Below are positions 25,029 to 35,136 of a stretch of 36,807 bases of DNA, in pieces. A program made the position numbers and the translations under genes. This DNA comes from a virus (lineage: Duplodnaviria; Caudoviricetes). The notes under the pieces were generated by a model. That model searched no databases and had not been told where the DNA came from. It saw nothing but the letters and a program-made list of their open reading frames with translations. Location: IMG/VR virus record IMGVR_UViG_3300030104_003825, positions 1 to 36,807 of that record. The stretch is one strand, 5' to 3'. How positions within the stretch are numbered: position 1 is the stretch's first letter; each line of letters starts with the position of its first letter.

Positions 25029-26314
25029 TAAGACATTCGTTTTGCTAATTTGTCAAAATCTGCCATTTGTTTATAGAAAAATCTAGCACCAAGCTCCCTT
25101 TGTTGTTTTTTATCTTTTGGATTTGCACCTAAAGCAATCCCTGCACCTCTTACAGCTTTTGATTTAGTTACAAATTCACCGTCAGCTAACTGAGCTAACA
25201 TAGTATCTTTTTCTTCGTTACCTTTACCAGCTGCATCAACAACTAGTTTACCTGAAGTTCTTTTATAATTTTTTGTATTATTTTCATCTGTATTTGTTTT
25301 ACTTGGAAGTCTATCTACCAATGAACCCTCTGCAGCGAATAACATTCCTGGCATAATTGGAGGTCTTTGAATTGAACTCATTGGTGGAGGAATCATATCA
25401 ACATCCTCTTCAGCTGTTGTTTCTTCTATGGATTGCATAGGCATATTAGATGCTCTGCCACCCGTAGCTAATTTTGCTATACCACCTTGAGCTGCTCCTG
25501 GAAATTGAATTTTAAAAATTTTGTAAGTTTCAAAATCCATTGCATCCTCACCAGCTGACTCTTTTTCAGATTTATATTTTTCATATTCTTGTCTTAAAAG
25601 ATCTGGAGAAGCTTGTCCTCCCTCTTCAAGAGTCATAATACCCCCTGCCTTAATTCCACTGTAAGGTTTGTCTGGATATTGTGAGTAATCAATAGACATA
25701 TCAGGATCATCATAAGGCATAAACTGGCCTGGGTTTTGTGCATAGAATTTATTATAACCAGGATAATCTGGCTCTGGTGGTTCTACAGGATCGAATGCTC
25801 CTAATCCATAAGCAATACCTGCTGCACCTGCAGCACCTAAACCTACTTTTAAAGGGTCCATTTGTGCAGATGTGATTGGTACTTGTCTTACATTACCCAT
25901 CATATCTCGAACTGTTTGCATAGCAGCACCGCTGTCTCCTACTACAGGTTGTTCAGATTTAAATATTCCAGCTGTCTTATCAAATATACCCATTAATCCA
26001 TCTCTTGATTTTGGAGTAATAGAAATAGTATCTTGACCTTGTGGGACAACTTTTAAAGCTTCAAATGCAATTTTATCTTTACCTTTTAGGCCCTCTGGAA
26101 CCTGTGCTTTAGATATATCAGTAATGTTCATAACTAGATCTGACTGATCTATGCCAGTTGGTTTTTGATTAAAACCACCTGTTAACTGCATTGTTAATGC
26201 TTGTGTAGTTGTGTCTCTAAATGAGTCTTTAAATAAATTTGAGCCTCTTTTACCACCTAATGCGTTTATGCCCACATTGGCTGCATACATCATTGCTAGT
26301 GTTGCTGGATTCAT
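25028..26314 (-). CDS. Putative virion protein (428 aa)
   Basis: Repeated A.GGI..L..GG motifs and a C-terminal G.G....D...A.LADGEFV domain; AGGAG SD. Confidence 0.6.
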   Translation of the reverse strand: MNPATLAMMYAANVGINALGGKRGSNLFKDSFRDTTTQALTMQLTGGFNQKPTGIDQSDLVMNITDISKAQVPEGLKGKDKIAFEALKVVPQGQDTISITPKSRDGLMGIFDKTAGIFKSEQPVVGDSGAAMQTVRDMMGNVRQVPITSAQMDPLKVGLGAAGAAGIAYGLGAFDPVEPPEPDYPGYNKFYAQNPGQFMPYDDPDMSIDYSQYPDKPYSGIKAGGIMTLEEGGQASPDLLRQEYEKYKSEKESAGEDAMDFETYKIFKIQFPGAAQGGIAKLATGGRASNMPMQSIEETTAEEDVDMIPPPMSSIQRPPIMPGMLFAAEGSLVDRLPSKTNTDENNTKNYKRTSGKLVVDAAGKGNEEKDTMLAQLADGEFVTKSKAVRGAGIALGANPKDKKQQRELGARFFYKQMADFDKLAKRMS

Positions 26315-26348
26315 ATTTCTCCTGTTTTAAATACGTATTTATTCCAAT

Positions 26349-27194
26349 TTACTTAATTTTTTCCCCTTCGTCAATAAACCTACCCTTATAACTATAGTCA
26401 CCATGGTGGGTTATATATGCGTCTACATTAGCATATATCTTACCTCCAATGTCAGTCCACCTTTTACAAAATGCAAAATCTTCTCCCATAAAAGTTCCTT
26501 TTTCTTGATTAAATTCTGTATCCCAAAAGTTATAAAATTGGTCTGTTTTACGCATTTGTTGGTTTAACATAGTCTGTTGTCGTATTCTTAAATGAGGATA
26601 TTCCTTTGCCATTTTTTCAAACACTTGTCTTTTAATTAACATAAATCCAGCAGGACCTCTTTTAATTTCTGTTATTCCATCTTTACAATCAATGTTTTCA
26701 GCATCAACAAATGCCATTGGATAATAATAACCACACTTACTTATATGCCTACCTGACTTTTCGCTAATATTTTTTGCTTTATCCCAGTCTATTACTTTCA
26801 TAGGGTAAGGGGTTAAAACAATATCTTTGTCAGCTTCAAGCATTGTAAGTATTGACGTTTCATCAAACTCTATATCAGTGTCTACGAACAACATGTGTGT
26901 ACATTCAGATTTTAAAAAAGCAGCTGTGCATAAATTTCTACCTTGTGTAACAATTGATGACTGTATTAGATGAAATGTTACTGGTATTTTATGTCTTTGA
27001 AGTAAAGCTTGTAATTCTAACGTTGCCCTCATGTAATGAATATCTACTCCACCATGACAAGGAGATGTAAAAAATAATTTTATTGGATGTTCTTTTTTCT
27101 TATCCCACTCTAATACATCATTACCTTTATCAGTATTTTGTCCAAATATATTTTTTTCATTAATGATACTTCTTTCATCTATTTTAATTGTCAT
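26349..27194 (-). CDS. Glycosyltransferase, GT-A fold (GT2-like)
   Basis: GRN...FL...THMLFVDTDI (DxD), GFMLIKR.VF, GEDFAFC.RW. Confidence 0.85.
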   Translation of the reverse strand: MTIKIDERSIINEKNIFGQNTDKGNDVLEWDKKKEHPIKLFFTSPCHGGVDIHYMRATLELQALLQRHKIPVTFHLIQSSIVTQGRNLCTAAFLKSECTHMLFVDTDIEFDETSILTMLEADKDIVLTPYPMKVIDWDKAKNISEKSGRHISKCGYYYPMAFVDAENIDCKDGITEIKRGPAGFMLIKRQVFEKMAKEYPHLRIRQQTMLNQQMRKTDQFYNFWDTEFNQEKGTFMGEDFAFCKRWTDIGGKIYANVDAYITHHGDYSYKGRFIDEGEKIK

Positions 27195-28132
27195 GCATAT
27201 CCCTTCATGGTTAGTAATTGATCAAATAAACTTATCCATTCTTTAGCTCTCATGTCCCAATTATAAAAAGTTCTATAATATTTCATTTGATCTTTTAACC
27301 TCTCATGAAGAACTGGCTCATGATAGTTGTCTGCTACAAATTCTATAATTACTTTAAATTTTTTTGCCAAAGTATACATATCAGTTTCATAATTTACATA
27401 ATGAGCATATTCAGTGCAAGTCTCAAACAAAGCACCAAAATTAGTTACAACTGCCATATTACCTGCTGCCATTGCTTCAATTGCAGATATACAACAAGTT
27501 TCTTCCCAAATAGATGGATATGCAAAAATCTGTGTCTTCTGCATAGCTTGAATTATTTCGTTATTTGGTTTGTATCCTATATGATTAACATTTTGTAAGC
27601 TTTCCATTTTATCGTACATAGGTTTGAATTGTTTGTCATTTTGAAGCTCAAACTCACTTCCATAAATTTTTGTTGAACTATAAACATCTAATGTAATGTC
27701 ATCTCTCTTGATTAGTTCCATAGCCCCTAACAAAACATTTAAACCACGCCAAGGAGTAGAAGTATGAATTAGTTTTATTGGATCACCTTTTTTAAATTTA
27801 GGTCTTTCAATCCATTCTGTATTTGGTAATGCATTTTTTATTACACAACATTTATGCGTGGGTAATCCAAAAGCATATCTAAATTTTTCATAACACCAAT
27901 GAGTATTAAATACATACCAATCATATTTTCTATGGTTTTCTTTTAACCTAAACCATGGAGCTATATTAGGTTGATCATAAGAATTTTTCATCCATAAAAT
28001 ATTTATTTTATCTGGATCTATAGGTTCTTTTTCAGGAACAGATGTAGTTATTTGAATTTTTTTAAAATAACTAGAATCTATTCTTTTTGCAAGTTCTGCA
28101 AATTGTATTTCTGTACCGCCAGCTGCTTTCAT
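27191..28132 (-). CDS. Glycosyltransferase, GT-B fold (GT4-like)
   Basis: GGTE, TSTPWRGL, FAYPSIWEETCCISAIEAMAAG (EX7E). Confidence 0.9.
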   Translation of the reverse strand: MKAAGGTEIQFAELAKRIDSSYFKKIQITTSVPEKEPIDPDKINILWMKNSYDQPNIAPWFRLKENHRKYDWYVFNTHWCYEKFRYAFGLPTHKCCVIKNALPNTEWIERPKFKKGDPIKLIHTSTPWRGLNVLLGAMELIKRDDITLDVYSSTKIYGSEFELQNDKQFKPMYDKMESLQNVNHIGYKPNNEIIQAMQKTQIFAYPSIWEETCCISAIEAMAAGNMAVVTNFGALFETCTEYAHYVNYETDMYTLAKKFKVIIEFVADNYHEPVLHERLKDQMKYYRTFYNWDMRAKEWISLFDQLLTMKGYA

Positions 28133-28338
28133 TTCAAAGGTTCTTCCCCAACCACATCGAATCCTTTAGGGATAATAATTTTGACATCTCTTTTTATATC
28201 TTTTGGGTCAGGATTTTCAAGCTTTACTTCTTCTTCGTTTTTATAAATTTTACCTGTTTTTATATTTGAAATTGTGGTTTCTGCCTCACATTTTATGATA
28301 GGCACTTTCTCTCCATTAATAATTGTGTATTCTGTCAT
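28129..28338 (-). CDS. Hypothetical protein (69 aa)
   Basis: Coupled ORF in the structural operon. Confidence 0.75.
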   Translation of the reverse strand: MTEYTIINGEKVPIIKCEAETTISNIKTGKIYKNEEEVKLENPDPKDIKRDVKIIIPKGFDVVGEEPLK

Positions 28339-28667
28339 TAAGTTCTATCTTGTTCTAGTATAGCTACTGTTCCTGTAATAACACTGGTATGACTTGATTT
28401 AATTTTTAATATATCGTTTTCTTCAAATACTTTTACACCTGTAATTAAATCAGATGAAGTTCCAGTTCCCAAAGTTCTTTTAGAAAAATCAAAATCTGCA
28501 GAAGCTGAATTGTCTCTAATGGAAGCGGTAACACTTACTGTGCCTGAACTTGAATTCATTACTTGAACACTTTTAACCATTGCTACTGTTTCAGCAGGAC
28601 ATGTATAAACTGATACAGGATTAGTTGTAGTTAAGTTAAATTGTCTATTTACAAATTTATTTGCCAT
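28338..28667 (-). CDS. Small beta-rich putative virion protein (109 aa)
   Basis: VYTCP...VKS..V.N pattern; TAATG coupling. Confidence 0.65.
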   Translation of the reverse strand: MANKFVNRQFNLTTTNPVSVYTCPAETVAMVKSVQVMNSSSGTVSVTASIRDNSASADFDFSKRTLGTGTSSDLITGVKVFEENDILKIKSSHTSVITGTVAILEQDRT

Positions 28668-28807
28668 TATCTTCCTTGCCGGTTATATTTCTTATACATC
28701 CGTTTTTCACTTTTGTTAAGGTTTTTTTTATGCCTTCCTGGTCTTTTTTTAGGTTTTGCTCTTTCATACCACGCAGTTCCAAATTGACTTTTTTTCTTTT
28801 TAGCCAT
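28667..28807 (-). CDS. Very basic 46-aa peptide
   Basis: Hand translation MAKKKKSQFGTAWYERAKPKKRPGRHKKNLNKSEKRMYKKYNRQGR; TAATG overlaps at both ends. Confidence 0.8.
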   Translation of the reverse strand: MAKKKKSQFGTAWYERAKPKKRPGRHKKNLNKSEKRMYKKYNRQGR

Positions 28808-28974
28808 TAATCATTTAAGAAGTAAGATATTGCTTCTGACTCTTCTTTTATGTCTTGTGGGTAAGTTGAATTAAGTGTTTGTATTATATTGTTAATATCT
28901 CTACCAAATTGGTTTAAGTTTGATGGTTGATATTCTGGTGTTGCTTGTGAAACAATTTCATTTATTTTTGCCAT
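28807..28974 (-). CDS. Small hypothetical protein (55 aa)
   Basis: Hand translation MAKINEIVSQATPEYQPSNLNQFGRDINNIIQTLNSTYPQDIKEESEAISYFLND; TAATG overlaps at both ends. Confidence 0.8.
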   Translation of the reverse strand: MAKINEIVSQATPEYQPSNLNQFGRDINNIIQTLNSTYPQDIKEESEAISYFLND

Positions 28975-31175
28975 TACCTTCTACCTCCTATTTGAACGTC
29001 TGCTCTAAAAGTACCAAATCTCCAAGTTTGTCCTGTTCCTGTGTTTGCTATTTTAAATGATGCAGCTCTTCCTCTCGATCTACAAAATACTTGTTTTGTG
29101 CTTGTTGTAACTGTAAATGGTCCTGTTATCAAAGGTCCGGATGCTGATGAAGATCTTGTATCAGAAGGAAAATCTCTTAAAAATATAGTTACCTGAGCAT
29201 CACCAACTTGATTTTTAAAGTCAGGAATAAATCTTGCTATTCTCATCATAAACTCACCGTCTCCACCTTGATCAATATCAAAATCACCAGACTCAATTTG
29301 TGCTGGTATTGCTGTTGTTGTGCCATCAGTTAAGACTTGATCGTTGCCTGTTTCGTGTTCGTAGTATGTAGTAGCACCATTTGATATTCCAGGTATCTCT
29401 CCTTGTGATGGTGATTCAGATGCATTGTATGAAGTTGCAAGAGGTTTACCAAATACACCCTGGTCAACCCAAGTAGTTCTTTTTATTAAGGTTCCATCAT
29501 TAGTAGTCCAAACTCCACCAGGTATATTTTGTGAATCTCTAGTATTATAAGTTACCGATCTATCAACTGATGTAGAACCTGAAGTTGGATAGAACCAAGT
29601 TATTTCATTAAATTTATCATTAACACCTGCATGTACAATTAATTCAGCATCGTTGTTTAAATCACCAAATACATAGTCTTCAACAAGACATGGAAGTTTT
29701 TTTACAGATGCACCATCAAAATAAAAGAAACTATCTTCAGACATCCAATAAATAATACCGTCAACTTCTATTGCAGCATGAGGTGATATTAAACCACAGT
29801 TCGTACCAACTTGTTCAAAACCAAATGTAAATGGAGCACCAATAAATCTCATGGTAAATAAAGCTGTATCTGTCCAAATATAATTACCATTCCTTCCAAC
29901 TAACGCTCCCATTATTCTTGAACCATCAGCAAGTCTTTGTGTACCTGCGGTGTTGGTAGCTGTAGGTGTATAAACATTTATATCTTCTTGATCAGAAAAT
30001 CTTAAAAACATATCATCTTGTGAGCTTGTAGTCCCTATTGTTGTTTCTGTTCCAAAAAAACACAAGTGTCTATCTGGTGTAGAAACTATCATATCTCTTG
30101 AAGCTGTTGGTGCACCGGTAACAAGCACAGCTCTATTAGGATTAGATAAGGCACCTGCTGTTGATGGATCCCACTCTACACAAACACTATTAAATATGAG
30201 AGCTATTAATTTTTGACCAAAATTTGTAAGTTTCCATTGACCTGGATCTAAAATAACACCTGCAGCTGTAGCAGAACCCCATCCTGTATAACTGCTTGCA
30301 TCTTGAACGTTTGAACCGTTTGCATGAGTTACATCTGATGTTCCTCCTTGGCCTCTAGATATTCCTGATATTGTGTTTGTAGCTGTATTGTTAGATGTAT
30401 ATGTAACTAATTCTGCTGTTGTTCCAGAACCTATTAATAAAGTTCCAGTTGCAGGCATAGTAGCTGATGATGTTAAAACAACTGTATTAGCACCTGCTGC
30501 AAAAGTTCCTGAATTATTAATAGTAGTTGTAGAAGTTGTGGTTGTACCACCCCATTGTCCCGTCGCCCAACCAAATCCTGGTAATTGAAATCTTGGTCCT
30601 ACTACAAAATAAGCGTCCAAGGTCGCGGTTCCGGTAGTCGTGAACGCAGTACCTGATTCATTTTTCGACATAGTTATTGTTAAAGTTGTAGTTGTTGGTA
30701 CTGTTTTTACCTCAAATGTTTTTGTAAAATCTGCAGCAGTAAATCCTGAAGATCCTGGAATAGCGCTTACAGATGAAAAAACTATCAGATCTCCCTCTTC
30801 TAAACCATGCCCTGTTCCTGTGCTCACTGTAACTGTAGGTGAACCATTTGTTGTTGTAAAACAATTAGTCATTCCTGATTTTTGTTTTGAAGCATCTAAA
30901 GGATGAATGTCATAAAAGGTGCCTTCATAATAAATATATAAAACTTTATCTGTACCTATTGCTGCATATCTATTACCTGATAAATCAAACCAAGTATGCT
31001 GATCTCTAGCTACACCCACAAGACTTGTTGCACCTTTTTGTGACCAACCACCTATTTTTTCTGGTAAACCATATCTAAATCTAACGTACTGGCCTCCGGT
31101 CCATCGTCCTTCAGCACCGGTTTCAGTAACTTGTTTATCAAATCCAGGTATTAATTGTACTTTACGTAATGCCAT
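28974..31175 (-). CDS. Podovirus tail nozzle / tail tube B-like protein
   Basis: 733 aa, beta-rich; VRFRYGLPEKIGGW, RFSDQE, FEQVGTNCG, NEITWFYP, WRFGTFR.D; Thr-rich insertion; lies upstream of the core proteins. Confidence 0.75.
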   Translation of the reverse strand: MALRKVQLIPGFDKQVTETGAEGRWTGGQYVRFRYGLPEKIGGWSQKGATSLVGVARDQHTWFDLSGNRYAAIGTDKVLYIYYEGTFYDIHPLDASKQKSGMTNCFTTTNGSPTVTVSTGTGHGLEEGDLIVFSSVSAIPGSSGFTAADFTKTFEVKTVPTTTTLTITMSKNESGTAFTTTGTATLDAYFVVGPRFQLPGFGWATGQWGGTTTTSTTTINNSGTFAAGANTVVLTSSATMPATGTLLIGSGTTAELVTYTSNNTATNTISGISRGQGGTSDVTHANGSNVQDASSYTGWGSATAAGVILDPGQWKLTNFGQKLIALIFNSVCVEWDPSTAGALSNPNRAVLVTGAPTASRDMIVSTPDRHLCFFGTETTIGTTSSQDDMFLRFSDQEDINVYTPTATNTAGTQRLADGSRIMGALVGRNGNYIWTDTALFTMRFIGAPFTFGFEQVGTNCGLISPHAAIEVDGIIYWMSEDSFFYFDGASVKKLPCLVEDYVFGDLNNDAELIVHAGVNDKFNEITWFYPTSGSTSVDRSVTYNTRDSQNIPGGVWTTNDGTLIKRTTWVDQGVFGKPLATSYNASESPSQGEIPGISNGATTYYEHETGNDQVLTDGTTTAIPAQIESGDFDIDQGGDGEFMMRIARFIPDFKNQVGDAQVTIFLRDFPSDTRSSSASGPLITGPFTVTTSTKQVFCRSRGRAASFKIANTGTGQTWRFGTFRADVQIGGRR

Positions 31176-31213
31176 AATATTAAGTATAAACTAAAAAACT
31201 CATCCTATAAACC

Positions 31214-31855
31214 CTATCCCATCTTAGGTAAACCAAGCATAGGTCTTTTATCAAATTTATTTTTATCAGCAAAAGGTCCATTTAGATGATTATAATGTAA
31301 AAAAACCTGTCCGCAAACTTGACCTTTAAAAGGGGTTCTCCAATGTTCTAAATCACATCCACTGTACACTAACATATCTCCTACATCCAACAACACTTCA
31401 GTGCCTGCGGGAGCATTTGGTTTATGTATATTTTTATACTCATCTATAACGTTATCTTCTCCTGTTCCGTCAATAAATATTGGCCATGGATCTCCGCCTA
31501 AATTTAATGTAGTAGATATTTCACAACTAGGCCTGTCTTTATGTCTTTTTAATTCATCTCCATTTTTATATAATCTTGCATAGGAGTAAGTTGGCACTAA
31601 ATCTAAACCAGTATGTTGTTTCATTATAGGTAACATTTTTACTAATAAAGTTTCCATTACAGGATCTGCATAATGAGAGTAAGTATTGGGTATTTGTTGA
31701 TCTTTCCAAGTTCCCATTAAACCGATATCGTGTATAATATTATGATCATACATATACGCAACTGCTTCTCTTTTAAGTAAAAAATAATTAAAAATAAAAT
31801 TAGATAAATCGTAAGATAAAGCGTTTTTGATTACTTGATATTTATTGAAAGCCAT
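31214..31855 (-). CDS. 2OG-Fe(II) oxygenase
   Basis: PTYSYARLY..GD.L.RHKDRPSCEIS (HxD), GD...Y.GC..EHWR, QVFLHY. Confidence 0.85.
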   Translation of the reverse strand: MAFNKYQVIKNALSYDLSNFIFNYFLLKREAVAYMYDHNIIHDIGLMGTWKDQQIPNTYSHYADPVMETLLVKMLPIMKQHTGLDLVPTYSYARLYKNGDELKRHKDRPSCEISTTLNLGGDPWPIFIDGTGEDNVIDEYKNIHKPNAPAGTEVLLDVGDMLVYSGCDLEHWRTPFKGQVCGQVFLHYNHLNGPFADKNKFDKRPMLGLPKMG

Positions 31856-32423
31856 GTTGTAAAAAATTAAAACTTACTGATATTCTTATATCATTTGATT
31901 GATTAGGTTCAACACAGTGCCAAAGATAAAATGGAAATATAATTATTCTACCCTCAACAGGTTCTAAATGACACTCTCTCCATAAATGTTTTGGTGGTTG
32001 TCCAGATTTTCTTACTGGCATATTTAATTGAACTCCTGGTCTTGGATCATTACAAGCTAACTTACCAGAGTTTTTTGGAGCTTTTATGTAATATACTCCA
32101 CTAAATAAACTATTTGGGTGTATGTGTGGAGCGTTAGATCCACCTGGTGGATTTATGTTAGCCCACATATTACCTAGTCTGGGTTCTCTGTCTAACCATT
32201 CTTCTTGCCATATATCTTGCATCATTATAAACAATTCGTTTACTAATGGTTGAAACACAGGCATCCTATGCATTTCAGTTTTCGAATGCCAACCATTACG
32301 ATTTGTTTTTTGAACACCTGGATCTCTTCTAGACCACGCAACTATTTCATTAGCAAACAGTTGATTATCTAACTTTACATCTTTGCCATATATAGTCGTT
32401 GGAAAAAATTGTTCTTTAATCAT
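31842..32423 (-). CDS. 2OG-Fe(II) oxygenase (TIGR02466-like)
   Basis: MWANIN..G..N.PHIHP...SGVYY, IIFP..L.H.V.PN, RISVSFN. Confidence 0.9.
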   Translation of the reverse strand: MIKEQFFPTTIYGKDVKLDNQLFANEIVAWSRRDPGVQKTNRNGWHSKTEMHRMPVFQPLVNELFIMMQDIWQEEWLDREPRLGNMWANINPPGGSNAPHIHPNSLFSGVYYIKAPKNSGKLACNDPRPGVQLNMPVRKSGQPPKHLWRECHLEPVEGRIIIFPFYLWHCVEPNQSNDIRISVSFNFLQHGFQ

Positions 32424-33013
32424 CTAAATGGTTTACCTCCAAACCAAACAACAAGAGATTGTCTAACACCTTTAATTACTGGTTGCACTCTATGGTTTAA
32501 AAATGACGCAAACACTATTGCTTGACCTTGTTTAAGTTCTGCAAACTTACCAGGTGCCATTAACTCTAAATGTCCACCTTCAAACTCTGAGGGATTATTT
32601 AACAATAACGTCATTGATATTTTTCTAACCGGTGGTTCATGAGTCATGTTCACATCACAATCCATATGCCAATCATAAAAACCACCTTCGGGGTATTCTG
32701 TAAACTGTGCATTCTCTGTAACCTGTATATCACCAAATCCAAAATGATTCTCGTTTGCTTTTTGTATAAAATTATTAAGATCACGATACATGGGTTCCAT
32801 TTCTTTAAAGGGTATCCAAGATATTGTAGTTACTCTTTTTTTAGTATCAGTTCCTCCCCCCGGTCTACCCATACCAACTTGTGCTTTTTGTGGTGGTTGT
32901 CTTCTTCCACAATTTATAATTTGTTGACATTGATCTGGAGTGAACAAAGGTGTTGTTGTTTGTATTATCCAACTTTTCCATTTAGGTTCTGTAATGTGTC
33001 TGTTCTCGTACAT
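32420..33013 (-). CDS. 2OG-Fe(II) oxygenase, prolyl-4-hydroxylase/PKHD-like
   Basis: QFTEY..GGFYDWHMD, RKISMTLLL, FEGG.L, HRV.PV..G.R.SLV.W. Confidence 0.9.
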   Translation of the reverse strand: MYENRHITEPKWKSWIIQTTTPLFTPDQCQQIINCGRRQPPQKAQVGMGRPGGGTDTKKRVTTISWIPFKEMEPMYRDLNNFIQKANENHFGFGDIQVTENAQFTEYPEGGFYDWHMDCDVNMTHEPPVRKISMTLLLNNPSEFEGGHLELMAPGKFAELKQGQAIVFASFLNHRVQPVIKGVRQSLVVWFGGKPFR

Positions 33014-33669
33014 TAACTTACTCCTCTATTTTTAATTGGGTTATATTCAACATCCATATTTGCAGCTAAAGTTCGTCTATAACCTCCTCCATTGAAAGGG
33101 TATACTGTATGTCTCATGTCATATGGAAATATATAAAAATCTCTTTCTTTAATATTAGGTTGATAATCTATATGTGAAAATTGACCACTGGCTGAACCTA
33201 ATATTTGTAATCTACCATTTTGTGGTTGATCAGCTGCAGAATATTCTACACCAAAACTTTGTGGTAATTTTAAAATCATAACACTAGATAGACCTGTAAA
33301 CAATGATCCTTGATGCACGTGCACTGGATTATATTCATGTTCAAACATAGTATTAACCCATATAGAATTTAAATGCATTTCATATTCTTTTATCTTGTTC
33401 CATTCTAAATAGTGTCTAAATTTTTGATTAAACCATATTAATACATTCTGTGGTAAATGATTATGTCTAGTCATCTTGGAACTATCTTTACCATCAAAAA
33501 ATAAACTATGTTCTTTTTCTATTTTGCCAACTAATTGTTTATTAGCAGGTTTCAATTCGGGATATTTTGTTTCATAAATATTATTAATTGTATTATATAC
33601 ATCAAGAGGCACCTGATACCTCAATACTGATTGTCCTAAAAATATAAAATTAAAACCTAATGTGTCCAT
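33013..33669 (-). CDS. 2OG-Fe(II) oxygenase-like protein
   Basis: WVN.M..HEYNPVHVH, LSSV..LK.P, FP..MRH.VYPF, RRTLAAN. Confidence 0.8.
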   Translation of the reverse strand: MDTLGFNFIFLGQSVLRYQVPLDVYNTINNIYETKYPELKPANKQLVGKIEKEHSLFFDGKDSSKMTRHNHLPQNVLIWFNQKFRHYLEWNKIKEYEMHLNSIWVNTMFEHEYNPVHVHQGSLFTGLSSVMILKLPQSFGVEYSAADQPQNGRLQILGSASGQFSHIDYQPNIKERDFYIFPYDMRHTVYPFNGGGYRRTLAANMDVEYNPIKNRGVS

Positions 33670-34444
33670 ATTTTTTTAAAATTCTTTGTGGAATTTTTTC
33701 TATGTACGGATTGTATACTTTTCTAACAGGTCCATCAAATAGTTTATGCATGTTGCTTCCAACTATTGTATCATCATAAGATAAATTATTAACTTTTACT
33801 TGATCCAAATTATTAAATCTATGATTAAAATAAGGCTCACCTATAAACTGGTATATTTTTTTAAATTCTTGTTCAGGGTTTTCAACTAAATCATCATACT
33901 TTACAAAATGACATATATCAGGATAATTATAAGCATTTTTTATAGCCTCTAAATCTTTTGCAACAGCACCTTGGGTATTCATTATCAAACTTAATTTTTC
34001 TTCATCATTTTTTAAATTATATCTATTAGGAAATGCATCAGGGTTTTCTGTATACCATTGCATATAACTAGCTAACACATCCATTAAATTTCTCAATAAT
34101 ACAATGCATTTAAAAGGTCTTTTAAAATGTTTTTGCATTAATGCAAAATTAGCTGGTGTCATTACAGGTCCTCTATCTATAATTATTTTATGTGGCCAGT
34201 CTTTGTAATAGTTATCGTATACAGCATCTAGTACATTATCCAGAGATCTATGATCAGGAAAGTTTTGAAACACATCAGTTTCTTTTAATAAAAAAATATC
34301 TTTCATTATTTCTAATGTAATAGAATTTGGAGTTGCTGCTATTTCAGGATTTTGATTCATTATAGATGCAAACAAAGTATTTCCTGATCTTGGCATTGCA
34401 ACTAAGAAGAAAAGTTTTTTATTTTTCTTTTGCTCCAAGGTCAC
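33650..34444 (-). CDS. Sulfotransferase family protein
   Basis: 5'-PSB loop AMPRSGNTL, 3'-PB R...DVLAS, VKYDDLV.NP. Confidence 0.85.
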   Translation of the reverse strand: MTLEQKKNKKLFFLVAMPRSGNTLFASIMNQNPEIAATPNSITLEIMKDIFLLKETDVFQNFPDHRSLDNVLDAVYDNYYKDWPHKIIIDRGPVMTPANFALMQKHFKRPFKCIVLLRNLMDVLASYMQWYTENPDAFPNRYNLKNDEEKLSLIMNTQGAVAKDLEAIKNAYNYPDICHFVKYDDLVENPEQEFKKIYQFIGEPYFNHRFNNLDQVKVNNLSYDDTIVGSNMHKLFDGPVRKVYNPYIEKIPQRILKKYGHIRF

Positions 34445-35099
34445 TGGTTAATTGTTCTTTCTTATTGTAAATCATTTCTCCTGATTTTTTAACTCTTTCT
34501 ATACTTTTTAGTTGACCCAAAACATTAAAGACTTCAGGTTGTGATGATCCTGATGTTAATGTTTCTGCTTTGTTTTTCATAATCAAATGATAAGAATCTA
34601 GTTGGTGTCTGTTAACATCTTTTGTATCAAACGACCCATCATCAAATTCTTTTTTTAATGAAGACCAAAGTTTAATTTCTCTCATACGATCTCTTGCAAC
34701 TAATTGCATATTAGCTAAACCATATCTAGCTTCGTCTAAATCTATTTGATATTTTGTTAATTTGTATTCGTCTTGTTCTGTCTCAATCTTTTTCTCTAAC
34801 CATTTAATTTTTGCTTCATTACGTCTACAATCAAATGATAGACTCATTAAGTTTTCTAAGAAAACATTCTGTTCCCTAACACACTGCCAATACTTTGCAG
34901 CTTTAGTTGGATATTTCATATCTTGTAGAACAGACATCCTCATTTCTGTTTCTGTTCTAAATACTTGTTTCTTTGTCCAAGTGTCACGAAGCTCAACTGT
35001 CATAGCCTTGAACTCTTTTACATCTTCAGGATCTAATAAATTATTTAAACTTGGTGCTTCTTTTTCAATTAAAGCATGTATATTTCTTTTGTCTGACAT
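34419..35099 (-). CDS. Conserved coiled-coil hypothetical protein (226 aa), tail-fibre-adjacent
   Basis: FRTETEM..SVL...YPT.AAKYWQ.VREQ; function unknown. Confidence 0.75.
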   Translation of the reverse strand: MSDKRNIHALIEKEAPSLNNLLDPEDVKEFKAMTVELRDTWTKKQVFRTETEMRMSVLQDMKYPTKAAKYWQCVREQNVFLENLMSLSFDCRRNEAKIKWLEKKIETEQDEYKLTKYQIDLDEARYGLANMQLVARDRMREIKLWSSLKKEFDDGSFDTKDVNRHQLDSYHLIMKNKAETLTSGSSQPEVFNVLGQLKSIERVKKSGEMIYNKKEQLTSDLGAKEK

Positions 35100-35106
35100 G
35101 TTCTAC

Positions 35107-35134
35107 AATTTAACTTTTCTCAAAACAAAGTCAA
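35107..35134 (-). promoter_or_regulatory. Sigma70-type promoter for the modification-enzyme cluster
   Basis: TTGACT-N16-TAAATT, 7 nt before ATG 35099; no SD. Confidence 0.65.
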
Positions 35135-35136
35135 GT

